64,000 nucleotides of DNA. Source: Mesotaenium endlicherianum (Eukaryota). Location of the stretch: positions 422,846-486,845 of the forward strand of contig WELA01001939.1 in assembly GCA_009602735.1 (NCBI GenBank). Direction: 5' to 3'. Shown here piece after piece: positions 37,301 through 50,600 of the stretch. The translations under genes and the position numbers were made by a program. The notes under the pieces were generated by a model. It did not search any database. It saw only the letters and a program-made list of their open reading frames with translations, and had not been told where the DNA came from. How positions within the stretch are numbered: the stretch's first letter is position 1; each line of letters begins with the position of its first letter.

Positions 37301-38074
37301 ACAGTTAGGACTTCAGTCAACCGACCAATTAAAATGGTCGTTATGCCTAGATCCGTGGGTCCCAACTTCACGGGTTTCCCACGAAACGGCGCACCTTGCG
37401 CCGTGGTCAACCAGGTGGTCACTAGGTACATAGCAGGCTGGGATCTCGTGGTCCCTCATTCTGGACAGTAGGCTTTACAGTGGGATTTCTACTTGCAAGT
37501 GATGTGTGCACTTTTTGGGTTCGTTCCAATGACCAGCCTTCACGGAAATTGACATGGCTGCTTCGTTTGCGCTCCAAATGGAGCGAACTAGGACTTTTCG
37601 GAAAGGTCTCATCAAGATGCATCCGTTGCTGTTAAGTTTGCGCAATTTAAAGTAGTATTGACAGAGTTATGCCCTCTGACATTTTGGGGTCACGCAGCGG
37701 ACAGATTCCATGGTTTTTGCACCTAAGTCAGTGGGATGTGTTTGAGCTACTTTATGGTCATCTGAATGAGAGCGCCTTTGCTATTCATTCCCCTGATGTT
37801 GTGTATGTGCTTACACATGCTTGTATGCCTGGTAGGCAAGAGGTCATTAGTTTCTAAAGGAGAAGCTCTAGTCCTCACGCTCGCCTCTTTCTTGTGCCTT
37901 GTATTCGCGTGCAACTTTGGCACACTACGATAAGTGAGTCAAGGGTTATAGATGAGTAAACGGAATTCATTATAAGGGCGAAGATTGCTCCCTGATTTCA
38001 CACGCTTCCACCTATCTCTGATCTTTTATATTTAAATGAAATATATTAACCTTGAAATAGCAAGATTCATTTCA
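31367..38074 (+). mobile_element. Non-autonomous LTR element family C, copy 2 (LARD-like)
   Basis: LTRs 31367-32634 and 36783-38074 (differ by a 24-bp indel plus substitutions), TSD GCAGA/GTAGA, PBS TGGTATCGGAGC 32636, PPT 36770-36781, non-coding interior. Confidence 0.93.
33918..34420 (-). mobile_element. Family A solo LTR
   Basis: Reverse complement of 8454-8955, TSD CTACT. Confidence 0.95.
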
Positions 38075-38810
38075 GTAGAACATGAGTGGCAGAGCTTTCA
38101 AACAGCTCTCTTGTTTTGCTGTTGTTACTATGTTTGTCACAATGGATTGGTTCCATAAAGTTGTTGATTAAACAAATGCATATGCACATGCAAACAAGGC
38201 CAAGGAGTGGAAGCCAGTCACTGTCTCCGACATTGTTATGTGGCATGGCCTGTGTCTCGCTATGGCCTTATGGCCTCGGCCTATGATCACTCAATACTGG
38301 GGAAATGAGACGAAAATGAGACAGCTGGTCCTGTTCAGTTTCCTGCATTTGGTCAGTTTATGTCAAGGAACAGGTGACAGGAAATCAAGAGATACTTTCA
38401 CTTGAGAGATAATAGTGGCAGAGTTATACATGCTAGGAATATAGGTCAGTTCAAGCTTTGGCAGCGTTCTCCTTTCAATGATCTCTTGAAGAATAAGTTT
38501 CAGTTTTGGTACAATCCTCAAGTCAACCTCACAGTTAATGACAGGACTATTTTAACAAGGAACAAACAGTGTCCCGTCAGAGTCTATAATGCAAGCAAGT
38601 CTTATAAGTTTGGGATGGAGGTCTGGGCTATTTGTGACAGCACCTCCTACTATTGCTATAATTTCAATGTCTATAACAAAGTCAAACAGTTTGGTCTGCA
38701 TACCACCTGTGTTTTGGAGTTGCTAAAGAACCTGCCTAAAGGTGTGAGATACAGCCTTATTTTGGACAAAGGCTTCACTTCTCCTATTCTTTTGGAGAAG
38801 CTTGCTGAGC

Positions 38811-39744
38811 TGTAACGATCCGAGCTATTTTAGGCGTATTTGGGACGTTTTCCCAATTACCTAAAGTACATTATACTATTTATCATATTATTTGATAAAT
38901 GATTGCATCATATTCAATTATTCGCCACACGTGTGTGCCGATTAATTCCTAGTCGATTGGCGAAACAACCGAGATACTATTGCAAAAAGCGTCGTAACGT
39001 AACTCGACTACTTCGCAAAAGTACGACATAATTATTCATCAAGTTACTTTGATTAATTATGAGATGATAACTTATTAAATCATTGATTAATTAAGTTGAT
39101 TTGATTGTCATTATTTTGACAATGCACAATCACAGATTTCGAATTTACGACCAGTCGTTAATACGAACAAACCGTCGTATCAAGATACGAACAAACCGTC
39201 GTAAAGACAAACGAAACGAAATATGCAAAGTCGCTTTGCATCAACGCGGATTCAAACCCGCGACTTGTCGTTTGAAACGTTCACACCTAAACCAATTGGC
39301 CAAGTAGTTATTCGTAACTCCTGGTTCATGACGTAATTATTTGAACGCGACTCCGCGAACAGTCGCGACTTTTCGAAAAGTCGCGAGAACGTGAAAACGC
39401 CCGTTTGGCGCGAACCGGTTTTCTGAAAACCATTGAAAAGTCTCCAAACCGCCAAACGGCGCGTTTCGAGCATTCGGCCGAATGGGACACGTCCCTTCGA
39501 CCGTTTTCGTTGAACATGAACCAGTGCCCTAGGTGGTGACTCGAAGCACTCAAGTGCCTCATGTTGTGCAGGTATAAATACCTGTAGAGTCATTGTGAGT
39601 GCAACTCTCACAAGCACACATTCTTCGTTAGTTTACATTTCGAGCATTCGTCGATTTGCACAATTATACAGATTTTCCTTCCACTTGAATTAAATATTCC
39701 TTGAATACCGAGGAAAGATCCTCTCGAAAAGCAGAAACGTAACA
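38811..39744 (+). mobile_element. Solo LTR, family D
   Basis: TGTAAC...GTAACA, TSD TGAGC, TATAAATA near 39573. The transposase frame resumes (KLAEL|GHGATGT). Confidence 0.85.
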
Positions 39745-40445
39745 TGAGCTGGGCCATGGAGCTACAGGGACTTGTCAACAAGGAAGAATGAATTTTCCTA
39801 AGGAGCTGCTGCAACTCAAACCAGAGCTTGATGAGAAAGAAGTGCAGCAAGGTACTTTCATTGTAGTAGTTTGTGAGCAGCCGCATCAGCTTGGAGTAGT
39901 TTGGCAGGATAAGAAGGTTGTGCATTTCATGTCTACTGCTGTAGGGGTGGATGAGAGGGAGGTTAACAGGAGGCAGAAGGATGGCACTATTACCTGAGTG
40001 AAGTGCCCGGAGATAGTGCTGCACTACAACCTGCACAAGGACGCTGTGGACCAGTTTGATAAGTTGTGTTTGCGTGACAACTATTCTGTCGAGACGGAGC
40101 ATGTCAGCTTCAAGTGGTGGCACAGGTTACATCGGGGTCTGTTTGATGGGACTCTTGCAAATGCATTCATACTGTATGACATGGCACATCCTAACGCCAA
40201 CAGGTACAACTTTATATTGGAAGTTGTGAGAGGCATGACAAACTACGAGTTCACGAGGAACTGGCAGCATCGGTCGAGCCATGGAGGAAGGGCAGGTGAG
40301 GAAAGGTGGACAGCTAGGCACTTCCTGACTGGGTGCCACATCGAACAAGGCCTATCTGTGTGGTGTGCAAGTCCAGGAAGTGGCCTGAAGGCGCTGCTCG
40401 TCGGAAGGTCAGGCCCTCTTACTACTGCTCGTCTTGCAGCGTAGC

Positions 40446-41189
40446 TGAAAGGGGCAGAGTGCCCTAGTGGAAGCGTAGTGACTCACGAGGAACAAAGCTA
40501 GTTGCAATGATACTCAAGAGTGCAGCGGCATATTGCTAAGAAAGCTTAGGAAAATTACTTGACATTTTGAGTGGCAAGAACGTGCTCAAAAATGATGTAG
40601 GATGAAAGGCCTTGTCATTACAAACCCGTAGAAATTTACAGAAGTGAAAACTGATAAGAAACAAAGAAGTTATGCCTATTTATAATTTTCTGCCTAAGTG
40701 CTCCTCCCTAGGAGGAAGCTACGGATTTTCCTAAGTGTTCGTCAAATCGTCCCTTCCAGAATATTCGTGAGAAGGCCAGATCAGTCTAATCTGACGTGTC
40801 GGGCATAATTGACGTCCACATACATGCATCGACATTACTAGAATATTCTATCTTAGACGCGCTAGGCTAAACCGAAACTTCTAGGTAAATCGACCTAGTC
40901 GGCACTCCGCGTCAGCCGAACTTACGTGAAGGTTCGAGTTCATTCTAACGGGCCAGATCGCTCGACGCTGTCGGTCAATCCGACGGTCGCGCTCACCGCG
41001 AATTAAGGACAGTCGTCAACCGACCTCAAAATTAATAAAATTTCGGAAATCCATAACTCTCTCAATACTTAACCAAATTCGATGAACTTTATATCAAAAT
41101 GACCACAAAAATGCACTCTACACTACTATACAATCAAAACATACTTTTATGAAACTCAAAGATGCACTTTATAAACCTATGACCTTACA
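40446..41189. mobile_element. Solo LTR, family E
   Basis: TGAAAGG...CCTTACA, TSD GTAGC; interrupts the transposase Cys-rich domain. Confidence 0.85.
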
Positions 41190-44100
41190 GTAGCGCTCTG
41201 TGCTGTGCCCTGCTTTGGGATGTTTCATAATAATAGGAAGTTCCCCCATGTGGATGAGGGAACTTACAGGATGTCTAATAAGATGAGCAAGACATAAGTA
41301 GCTTCAGTTAAGTCCATACAGGCAGCAACAAGACAATTTTGGAGCACAAAGTGCTCAAGTTTGCGACAGTTTGATATTTTTCCATTTAAATATCTCGTCA
41401 TAATTGTGTGTGTATATACAAATTATTTTTTTTCCATTTTTATATTTATGTAGCCTTTTGTGACTCACATGCATCTTGTTTGATAGTATTTGCATGAGTA
41501 AGCAGAGAAATATGATACTTTGTTCTGATTTCAATTTTGGGCGAGAAGTTATTTTTTTAGAGAATTTTACTATGGGTGCACTCTCTCACTTCAACTTCCA
41601 TAACTTCCTGTCTAAACCTTCAATGGGCTTCATTCTTAATTCAGAGTGTTCATGTTAGTTATGCAAAGACTGTGAATGAATTACTTGCATGTTATACACA
41701 TTCTATTGGACCTATGGTAGTAGCAGAAGCATTGTGCATCGACAGACTACAGCATTTAAATATATATTTAAATGAATTAATCATTAAAAAACGATTGTCT
41801 TCTATGGTGAGTTCTGACTTTGGAATGACTTGTCTCTTAGTAATTTGTCAAGTAATGAGGGAGATATGGGAGAACAAGTGGAAGTCTGCAAAAAGTAAAG
41901 TTATATGATTTGTAAGTTTCTCACATTAGCATTGTCTATGGTGAAAGGAGGGTACGAAGGTGGATACTCAATAAATTTATTTGTTTCCACTTACAAGAGG
42001 TCTATACTATGTTATGGGTTACACTCAAGTACCGATATCTATAAAAACACGCAAGGTAAGGTCACCTACAATACTAAATGTGGAGCTTGTCGCAATCGAC
42101 TACCAGTAGAGCATTTAATTACTAATATTAAAATTAATTATGATCATTCCATCACTTTTTCTTCTCATCAATATATAGCTTGCACTTTACTTTAACACAA
42201 ACCAAGCAAAATACAGTGTGTTGTACTCATTTGAAGCAATTTGGTTATTTGTGGAAGATGGAATTTTATAACATGTACAAACAATGAAAGATTATGACGT
42301 TGTTGAGTACTCAGATGGCTAGATTTGTAAGAGTAGTAGGACAAATGACTCGTTATAAAGTCTTATGGATTTTGAATACATAGGAGTATGCTACAAAAAT
42401 TCAAGAACACTATGCTAAAAGTGGAAGACATGCTTGTATAGACTTGAAAAAGTCAGTTATTTTTTGCCTCGCTTTTTCACACGTGTGGGAGGTACACAAG
42501 TACACTCTGGACTGCCAATTTTTTTGAGAAACCTAGCCTATCCTAAACTAGAGAGAGTAAGCTACAAGGTCAAACATCTCATTTAGCCACACCTATCCTG
42601 CTGATTTTTGAATAAGGATTCCAAGATTATGCAACTTGAAATAATATATGGTTCTTTTGCTGGTACACCTAGAGTTAATTCTTTTAACCACATGAGGTCA
42701 AATAGTCCAAGAGACTGACTTAACCTAAGTCAGCGATCACATAAGACCTGCATCCATAAATCTCAGCACACTGACTAAACTCATCTTGAGTTTAAACCCC
42801 AAGCTCCCACGATTCCATCAAGTATGACAAAAGTACCATCTCACACATAGCACTCAAGCACAAGGCACATACCCTAAACCCTCCAAGCACAAATCAATGT
42901 GGCAAACGGGAGAAGCACCCAATGTCACAGCCAAGGTTGGGAATGGGGGGTATCTGTAGGATGCCATTGTTGCTGCCGAAGCCTCTTTACATAGAAGTTG
43001 CAGCATGCTGAAGTTTGTGGACAACGTAGTGCACATGGACCATGGCGAGGATAACCTGTCGTCAATCCATAATTGGAAACTTAAGTTAATAAACCATGTG
43101 TGCACGCACTGTCTCAATTTCTCAACACATGCAGCCATACCCAAACTCCCTCAACCTAACTACCACAAATATAATGAGATAGGAACGCCTCTTGCAACGT
43201 AACAAGCTTAAACCCTAAGGGATAGCACAACCGACTAGGAAGTCCTCTAGCACAGTTGGAGTGCACACCCCTCTCTATACTAGCTGTGGATTGCATATAA
43301 CAACACACAACGACTATGATCAAGTGAGGTAATGAGTCATATCCATCTTGCTAGGATGCAACTCCCTTGCGGCTACCTTTGATGCTTGCAAACACCTCTT
43401 CCATCAAGCCTCCACTTTAGGCTTCTCATTGCGTGAATCTGTACACAAGAGGCTAGGAAAGTCAAGTTAGTATGCCGCATAATACGTTGAGCCAAGAGAC
43501 ACACTAGGTGAGCAAGTGGAAGGATCCTGGACAGAATGTGCAATGCTCTTCGTCATACACTTTCCAAGCTCCACCTAGACTCAGCATACCACACAAGTAA
43601 GCCTCACACAATTACCTCACGAGACAAAGAAGACAAGCACGGACATTCAAGAAAGGACTTAGCTCCAATACCACTGAAGTAAATTTTGCTTATTCAAGAT
43701 AAATATATTTCATATAAATATATAAGATCAAAGATAGGTGGAAGTGTGTAAAACCAGGGAGCGATCTTCGCCCTTAGAATGAACTCTGTTTACTCATCTT
43801 TACCCCTTGACTCACTTACCGTAATGTGCCATAGTTGCACACTAACTCAAGGTCCAAGAAATAGGCAAACTTGGGGACTAGAGCTTCTCCTTTAGAAACT
43901 CATGGCCTCTTGCCTACTAGGCATACAAGCATGTATAAGCACATACACAACATCAGAGGGTTGAATAGCAAAGGCGCTCTCATCCAGATGACTATAATAT
44001 AGCTAAAATACATCTCACTGACTTAGGTGCAAAACCATGGAATCTGTCCGCTATGTGACCCCGAAATGTTCAGAGGGCATGACTTTGTCAATATTGCTCC

Positions 44101-44935
44101 AAAGTGAGCAAACTTAACGGCAACACACGCATCTTGACAAGACCTTTCCGAAAAGTCTTAGTTCGTTCCATTTGGAGCACAGACGAGGAAGCCCTGTCAA
44201 TTTTTGTGAAAGTTGGTCATAGTAACGAACCCAAAAGTGCACACATCACTTGCAAGTAGAAATCTGACTCTAAAGCCCACTGTCCAAATGAGGGACCACG
44301 AGATCCCAACCTGCTATGTACTCAGTGAGCACTTGGTTGACCACGGTGCAAGGTGCGCCGTTTCGTGGGAAACCCGTCAAGTTGGGACCCATGGATCTAG
44401 GTATAACGACCATATTATTTGGTCGGTTGACTGAAGTCCTAACTGTTCAGCTAACTGACCACGGCTCCGCCTACCCACGATTTAACCACACCGGTAGGAC
44501 ATCAATTTACCAAATCCCAGTCAATCTCCCGACTTTCAGTATACTACAAATCGATCACATGTGCCAATATACAAATAATTATCTAAATGAATATGTCTAT
44601 CATCAGCGTACGGAGTTTAAGTATACTAACTATCATTATGCGAGCTTACTATATATCAACCTACTGATGTTATGTCCTACATATATATCTTGATAATCTC
44701 AGCAAAGTACAATATGATACAAAAGTCATTCTGCTGACATTTTCGACAAAGTCAGCAAACTACACTGTAATATAAAAGTCATCATGCTGACCTTTTCGAC
44801 AAAGCAAGTATACTCGTATTATCTCGACATATTCATTTTGATGAACTCGCAAATATGAGTATATTGACATGTTACTTATTTAGTGTTGTATTTATACATG
44901 CAATTACTTAAGTAAAAATGAACTGATTCATTACA

Positions 44936-45784
44936 CCCCAGGTATCAGGAGGCCATCAGACAGGAAAAGGAGATCCAGTTCCAAGTCTCGTTCTCTAGAA
45001 GATAGAGTCCCTAATACTTAGTTTGCTGTTCTTTTTGTTTAGAATCAGTTGGTTGTGTTGCATGTGTGTTACCTTGTTGTAGGTAATAGTAAGAAGTGTT
45101 GTCAAGTCGACAACAAATTAAGTTGGAGGGTTTGGAATATTAAGTCTGCTGGATATTTAACACTTAGTAAATGACTTAGCCGAGAGCAGCAGGCTGAAGT
45201 CAATTAGGTCAGCCTATTGACTAAGGTCAGCTTGCTGACACATTCTTTGACAGTCAGCTGACTGCCGTACTCGGTAGCAGCGAACTGCCTAGTTATGTAT
45301 CTAAGTGTGGTGTGCTAGATGAGTGGCCAGATGACACCCTTGAGGTGGATGGCGATTCGGGATGATGGGAGATGGCTGTGGATTTGGTTAGCCGAGGTCC
45401 TACCAACGTGGTGAACTCCCGGGTAGGCGGTGCCATCGCACTTGCCGTTGAACAGTAAACTTATTCCATGTACATATGCTAGGTATTGCCCTCGAGTTGG
45501 CATCCAAAAACGAGGCCAACTCTCTTGTATTGCTTACTGAGAGATATCTGAATCCAAGGCGAGAAGTCATTGATACGCACTGTTTTCTAGCCTTGCTTAT
45601 GTATGAGTTTATTGATTGCATTATTGATGCTAGTTTACTTGCATTTGACTTGCGAGTATTGTTCACTGCTAGTGGGTTGTCTTTTTCAGTTTAATCAGTT
45701 AACAGAAAATACCATAAAGATCACTCGCTGATATAAAGATGTTCATTAATTATTAATCGCCTATTGGTAAGTCGATTCATTTCA
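44936..45784 (+). mobile_element. 3' end of a family B' element: ORF3 tail remnant, hairpin-PPT and 3' LTR (45133-45784, internal deletion near its 5' end)
   Basis: RRPSDRKRRSSSKSRS resembles the ORF3 tail RRPADRPRGLSRSRSRS; TGTTGTC..GACAACA hairpin plus TTAAGTTGGAGGG; LTR ends ATTCATTTCA. Confidence 0.85.
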
Positions 45785-47675
45785 AGTTCCTTTGGGATCG
45801 CAAAGAATCCCAATGCGTGCTGTTTGGTCCGTTAAATTGCAAATTGACTCTTGAAGCCTTTCCACTAGGCCGCGCTAGGGGTCGATAGGTGGAGTCCATT
45901 ATAAAGTGAATATCTCCTTTGATCTGTCTAAATGACATAAACTCAGTTGCATTCGAAATATGAATCAACGCATTACACTTTTATGACTGGGAAAGGTTGA
46001 AAAGGTCATCATATGGATGGGTAAAGTCAAATGCAAAATGATAATCCTAGATTGCTCTTCATACACGTCTAGCTCGTTCTTGATAATCAACCTCGACTCA
46101 ACATGACAGTTTGTATATAGCAATTGCGGCATATCTTTATTTCTTTGCATAATTTGCAAAAAATTACTTAAAAGTTGTAATTGTGCATTGTTATATCATT
46201 GAGCATCGTTGCTAGTGTTGTCCTTGAATTCAATGGTCTTCACTCAAGATAGTAACAAAAAGATGGTAGCCACCAAGAATTATAAGCATGCATGTAATGT
46301 GAAATGAAACAGAGACACCTCATACACAAAGACCTTGTTAATAAAGGAAATTGGCACTGACGTAGTCACCTTATATCTTCATTATCATTTGTATATGTGA
46401 TTGATATTAACTAGCTCTTATCTACTTTGAAGCCTGCAACTTTCATCAATTGAGGACATGCAAGTCAATTTGCAAACATATGCCATGATGGAGAAAAGAC
46501 CATCAATTCTCTATGCATTTATCTCACTCTATCGACATGTATTTGCGACTCGGGCTTCAATCATATGTTTGAGACTCAGGCTTCAATTGTTTTCATATGT
46601 AGAATATCGTAATATTAGCTGGATTTCAACGTTAAATAGTCAACACCATATACTGGAATATTGCAAGAATATGATTGCTATTCTATTGCCACGTCGTCGT
46701 CGTGTATTTGGTAACTGCAACTCAGTATGTCTTGCTCTCATTTTCAACTTTCAAACTTTTGATGCCGGTAGACATGTTATGTAAGGCGGTGTCTATTTTT
46801 GTTCCCTTGCCCTTCACGATTTAGCATATCTTCTCTATTGATTCTTTTAGCAAATGCTCAAGCATGTTATTGCTCTTTCATGCTCTCTTGCATTTTTCAA
46901 GGGTCATGCAATGTGTTAACAATCAATGATTCCAATCTTGTTAATATATATAATCTAGAATTTATTAGGTCTTATTAGTCTTATTTAATCACATTTTGCA
47001 TACATCTTGGCTGTTTCTTTCTTGCTCCCCTGTACTTTACAAGGGTCATGTGATATTCTTTATTTGTTTATGTAGACCTTCTGTGTTCCTAAAGTTTACT
47101 TAATTTTACTTGCCTTTTATAAGTGACGTAATAAAACAAGCATTGTTGACTACCCCTGGGGATAGCTGTATTCAGACAGTGCTGGACAGAACGATTACCA
47201 CCAATTACTACTGTACATATTAACGTGATTAGAAGTAATACATTTGACCTGGTCACTCGAGGCCCGCTCGGCGAGAGGTGTTGTTTCGGAGGTGCTCTAG
47301 GTTGATAAGGATTACGTACGAGATACTTTCCAAGAGTATTTGATATGGTTACGACTTTTACTCGTATAATTTATGATTCGCGATAGCATTCACTTCCGCA
47401 CTCACGCTTAAACCTTTGCTCATTTATTTACAAAAAGTCTCGCAGACGAGCCAGCTCAAGCCAGCTCTGCTCGTAAATTCGAAGATTTGGTCAGCCCGTA
47501 CCACGCCTCTAGCTTGCTCTGGCTGCGCTAGCTAGATTTTTTTTCGCTTAAGCTTCTAATTCTGCTGGTGCCTTGGAGAGGAAGAAGTGAGGTTTGTAAG
47601 TTGGAATTTAAAGGTTCTCTGGAAGAACGTCTTTTTATTTGTCTCTGAGGGTTGGTTGAAGGGCTTCCAAACATC

Positions 47676-50600
47676 ATGCAGAACGCTCCAGGGCAAGAAG
47701 GGGCATGGGGTGGACAGCAGCAGCAGGGTCAGCAGGGTTCAGAGGAAATGAAGACCTTGTGGATTGGTGACTTGCAATATTGGATGGATGAGAACTACTT
47801 GTGGACTGCTTTCTCTCAAACTGGAGAGGTGATTAGTCGTTCATGTAGCTCAATTCAATATTTGCCATACCATGTGAGATATGTGCTAGGTGCTGACGTT
47901 GTAAGGAGACGACTTGCAGGGGTTTGCTGTTTCTTACTTGTTTCGTTCCTTTGTTTTGTCCACTCAGTTTGAATATTAAGCATTTTATTCCACTTGCAAG
48001 GAATTGGTTGTTGTCGGGTCCGTCTGTGTATGTGATTTCGAAAAAGGCCAGCCGGATGTTGCCCAAATTTCGCTTTAACCTTATGCAAGTCGCTTGTAGC
48101 AGCTCAAATTGATTCTTCTTGTTGATGTAATGAACCTGAGTCCTTTTTGTGCAAATTGCACCTTTTTATTTCATGTTGGGTCACGACGAGCCATGTTTCT
48201 CCGCAAGAGTATTCAATCCTGTGTCCCTCATATCGTATCCAGGCAAGTACGTTGTCAAATTCAATGTGAACAAGTGACATTGGCTCGTGTATGCTCGACG
48301 ACAACATAATTCATTTTTGCATACTTTGGTTTTTGAGTGTGATACTTCTGTTCTTTTGTAACTATGGATAGTAAGTGCGCAGATATCCTCTTGCCTCCTG
48401 TTTTGATCTTCTTCCCCGTTCACTTAGTTGACGTCTATTGGGTTCCATTTTCTACCTCAGACTCCGCTCTGTTGTTGGTGAAAAGAGGGTATGGTGCTGC
48501 TACCTGGGTCACGAGAAGGGGACTCACATGTCATTTAAAACTCAGTTGACGCAGTCAAAAAGTGTCACATGCTGGACTAGTTGTGGTGCAATAGCGATGG
48601 GTAGGGCTTTTCCAGAAGGCACCTAACCTGGGGAACTTCTCCATGTGCTTTTCACAATCGAAGGATTAAAACTAGAGTGAAATAAGAAGATGGAAAGGCA
48701 AGTGCCAGAGTCAGTTCTCACCTGCCTGAGTGCGAGCCTGAGTGCGAGGACTTTTTGTGTGCATGGTACGTGTACTTATATATATGTATATTCATGTGTG
48801 TGTATATACGTGTGGGAGCAGGTGCAATCTGCAAAGGTCATCCGGAACAAGACGACAGGTCAGTCCGAAGGCTATGGCTTCCTCGAGTTTGCCAACCACG
48901 CGGCTGCCGAGCGAGTGCTGCAGACCTACAACGGCCACCCGATGCCGCAGACTGAGCAGCCCTTCCGCCTCAATTGGGCTTCCTTCGGAATCGGGGAGCG
49001 CAGGTGCTCATCGCGTCCCTTGTCTTGTGCCATGTTGCTCGTGTTAAAGAGTGTAGCCTTGAGACCGTAGACACTCTAAGGGAGTGTCGCAGGAGAGAAC
49101 GGAAGTAACCGACATGCTTGTGCTCTTGGATGATGACGATGTTTTTTCTTGAAGGAAGGGCTACTTTCTGCAGAGTGTGCCGGAGGGGCAGCATTGGGAG
49201 GGATGGATGCGTGATTGCAGTCGCTTTGTGCTCTCTCACGGCCTGTCTTATTCTCAGGAGTATTGTATTCTGCTAAAGCCCCATGCCTCGAGGCGATGTC
49301 ACAAGTCTGTAAGCACTCCGTATGAAACGATATAAAGCGTTGCGTATGCTCACCTCTGCTGTGTCAGTCTGCTGTGCCATACATGCTTCATCCATTTGAG
49401 GAGCACACTTGCTGGCCGCAGGCTGACCGCGTCATGAGACTGTGGGGCTGTAGAGGTACACAGTAGGATGGGGGCTGCGCTGTGAGAGAGTGGTTAACTG
49501 GCTTGACTCCTGAGACGTGGAGCGTGCAGTAATAACACGGTTGTGTAAAGGCGACAGGACGGTGCGATAGTGGGGATAACGCAGCGAGAGCATGCGATAG
49601 AGCGGCCTGAAGAGAACGCAATAGTGTGGCGCAATTTGGCACAGAGGATTAAAATCCCCTGGCCTGCGAGTGCAGTAGTATGGCACAAAGGATGCCACAG
49701 AGTGGCATGGCAAGCACTGTGATATGGCTTATCGCGCCCAAATAATGTCGCTGCAGAGAATGCAGTGGCGTGCTGAAATCACACTGGAAGCAACGGTGCT
49801 GTGGCCCTGCAGTTGAGTGTCTGGTGCTTGGGCTGTACATGGCCGGATGCTTTGTTGGAGGGCCAGTTCAGTGGACGCTGTGATGAAGGTTCACTTAGAC
49901 GCTCCAAGCATCTAACCTCATTGTCGTCGATGTTTCAGTTCATTCGAGGTCCTATTAGCTGCTTCAACCACGTGAGTGGTGCTGATAACTCATGCCAGCT
50001 CTCTCTGCCTGCGACCCGTGCGACTCATACCCAGACTGCCAGCTATGCCTGGTTCCGAAGCGAGCAGGCCAGAAGCAGAATTAAGGTCACCAGAAGGATC
50101 CCTACTCTCACAGCTCCCTCGCAGCCTTGGCTGCTCCTGCTCGCAAGTGCCCTAGTTGTTCCCCCCCCTCCCTCCCCTTAAAGTCCTAGAAGCCCTATAC
50201 TCTGCCCCCGTCATGGGGCGAGCGTGCACGCAACTGCGTAAGCTGTTACATAATCAATCCCAGACATCATGTACGCTGCCCCTCCGCGGCGCGTGTGTGT
50301 GGCGACCGCCCAAGCTGTTGCCCTCTAAGTTTTAGAAGCCCTGCGTGCTGTCTTTGGTGCTGTTCTCCATGGCTTTGTGTGTGCTTGAAGCTGCCCAATC
50401 TGTTCCGCCCTACGTCCCCGAAACCCCCTGTGCTGTCTCATGAGCTGTTCCTCCATGGTTGCGTTCCTGAGGGAGGTGACGAGCACTCCAGTGCACTTTT
50501 TCTTAGCCGTTCCTGCTCGTAGTCGCCCAGGGCTGTCGCGTGATTCCTTTGCGCTGTCCTGTGTGCTGACCCTCAATGGCCTCCATGGTTCTGTGCGTGC

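Larger units (their letters stand above)
30452..41297 (+). pseudogene. Decayed piggyBac transposase in four pieces (30452-31366, 38080-38810, 39750-40445, 41195-41297)
   Basis: KFGMEVWAICDS, LILDKGFTS, WQDKKVVHFMST, YNLHKDAVDQFD, KWWHRL. The C-terminal Cys-rich domain CVVC...YCSSCSVALCAVPCFGMFH is rebuilt across the 40446-41189 insertion. Contains stops and frameshifts. Confidence 0.9.
30179..42674 (+). mobile_element. piggyBac-like DNA transposon 2, split by three LTR insertions
   Basis: TIR CACTAGGTGTACCA / TGGTACACCTAGAG (1 mismatch), TSD TTAA (30175-30178 / 42675-42678). Flanks rejoin to the family C internal sequence seen uninterrupted near 33600-33660. Confidence 0.92.
24155..44935 (-). 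mobile_element. Non-autonomous LTR element family C, copy 1 (LARD-like), host of both piggyBac elements
   Basis: 5' LTR 43675-44935, PBS 43662-43673, internal parts 42679-43674 and 27552-30178, 3' LTR 24155-27551 (split by piggyBac-1). Flanks (A)CCCA / CCCCA. Colinear with copy 2; no long ORF. Confidence 0.9.

Noticed and set aside
37345..37410. Hammerhead ribozyme (retrozyme) in the C LTR: stem-GAAAC-stem pattern
   Set aside because: No CUGANGA before stem II (TAGATCC), and the triplet would be GUG. A minus-strand CUGACGA at ~37286 is not conserved in other copies and has no GAAA.
37174..37431. Recurrent antisense ORFs in B and C LTRs (…AYPGVNH.GRTSV…)
   Set aside because: Recurrence reflects LTR copies and the shared core. 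Starts and lengths differ, and many changes are non-synonymous.
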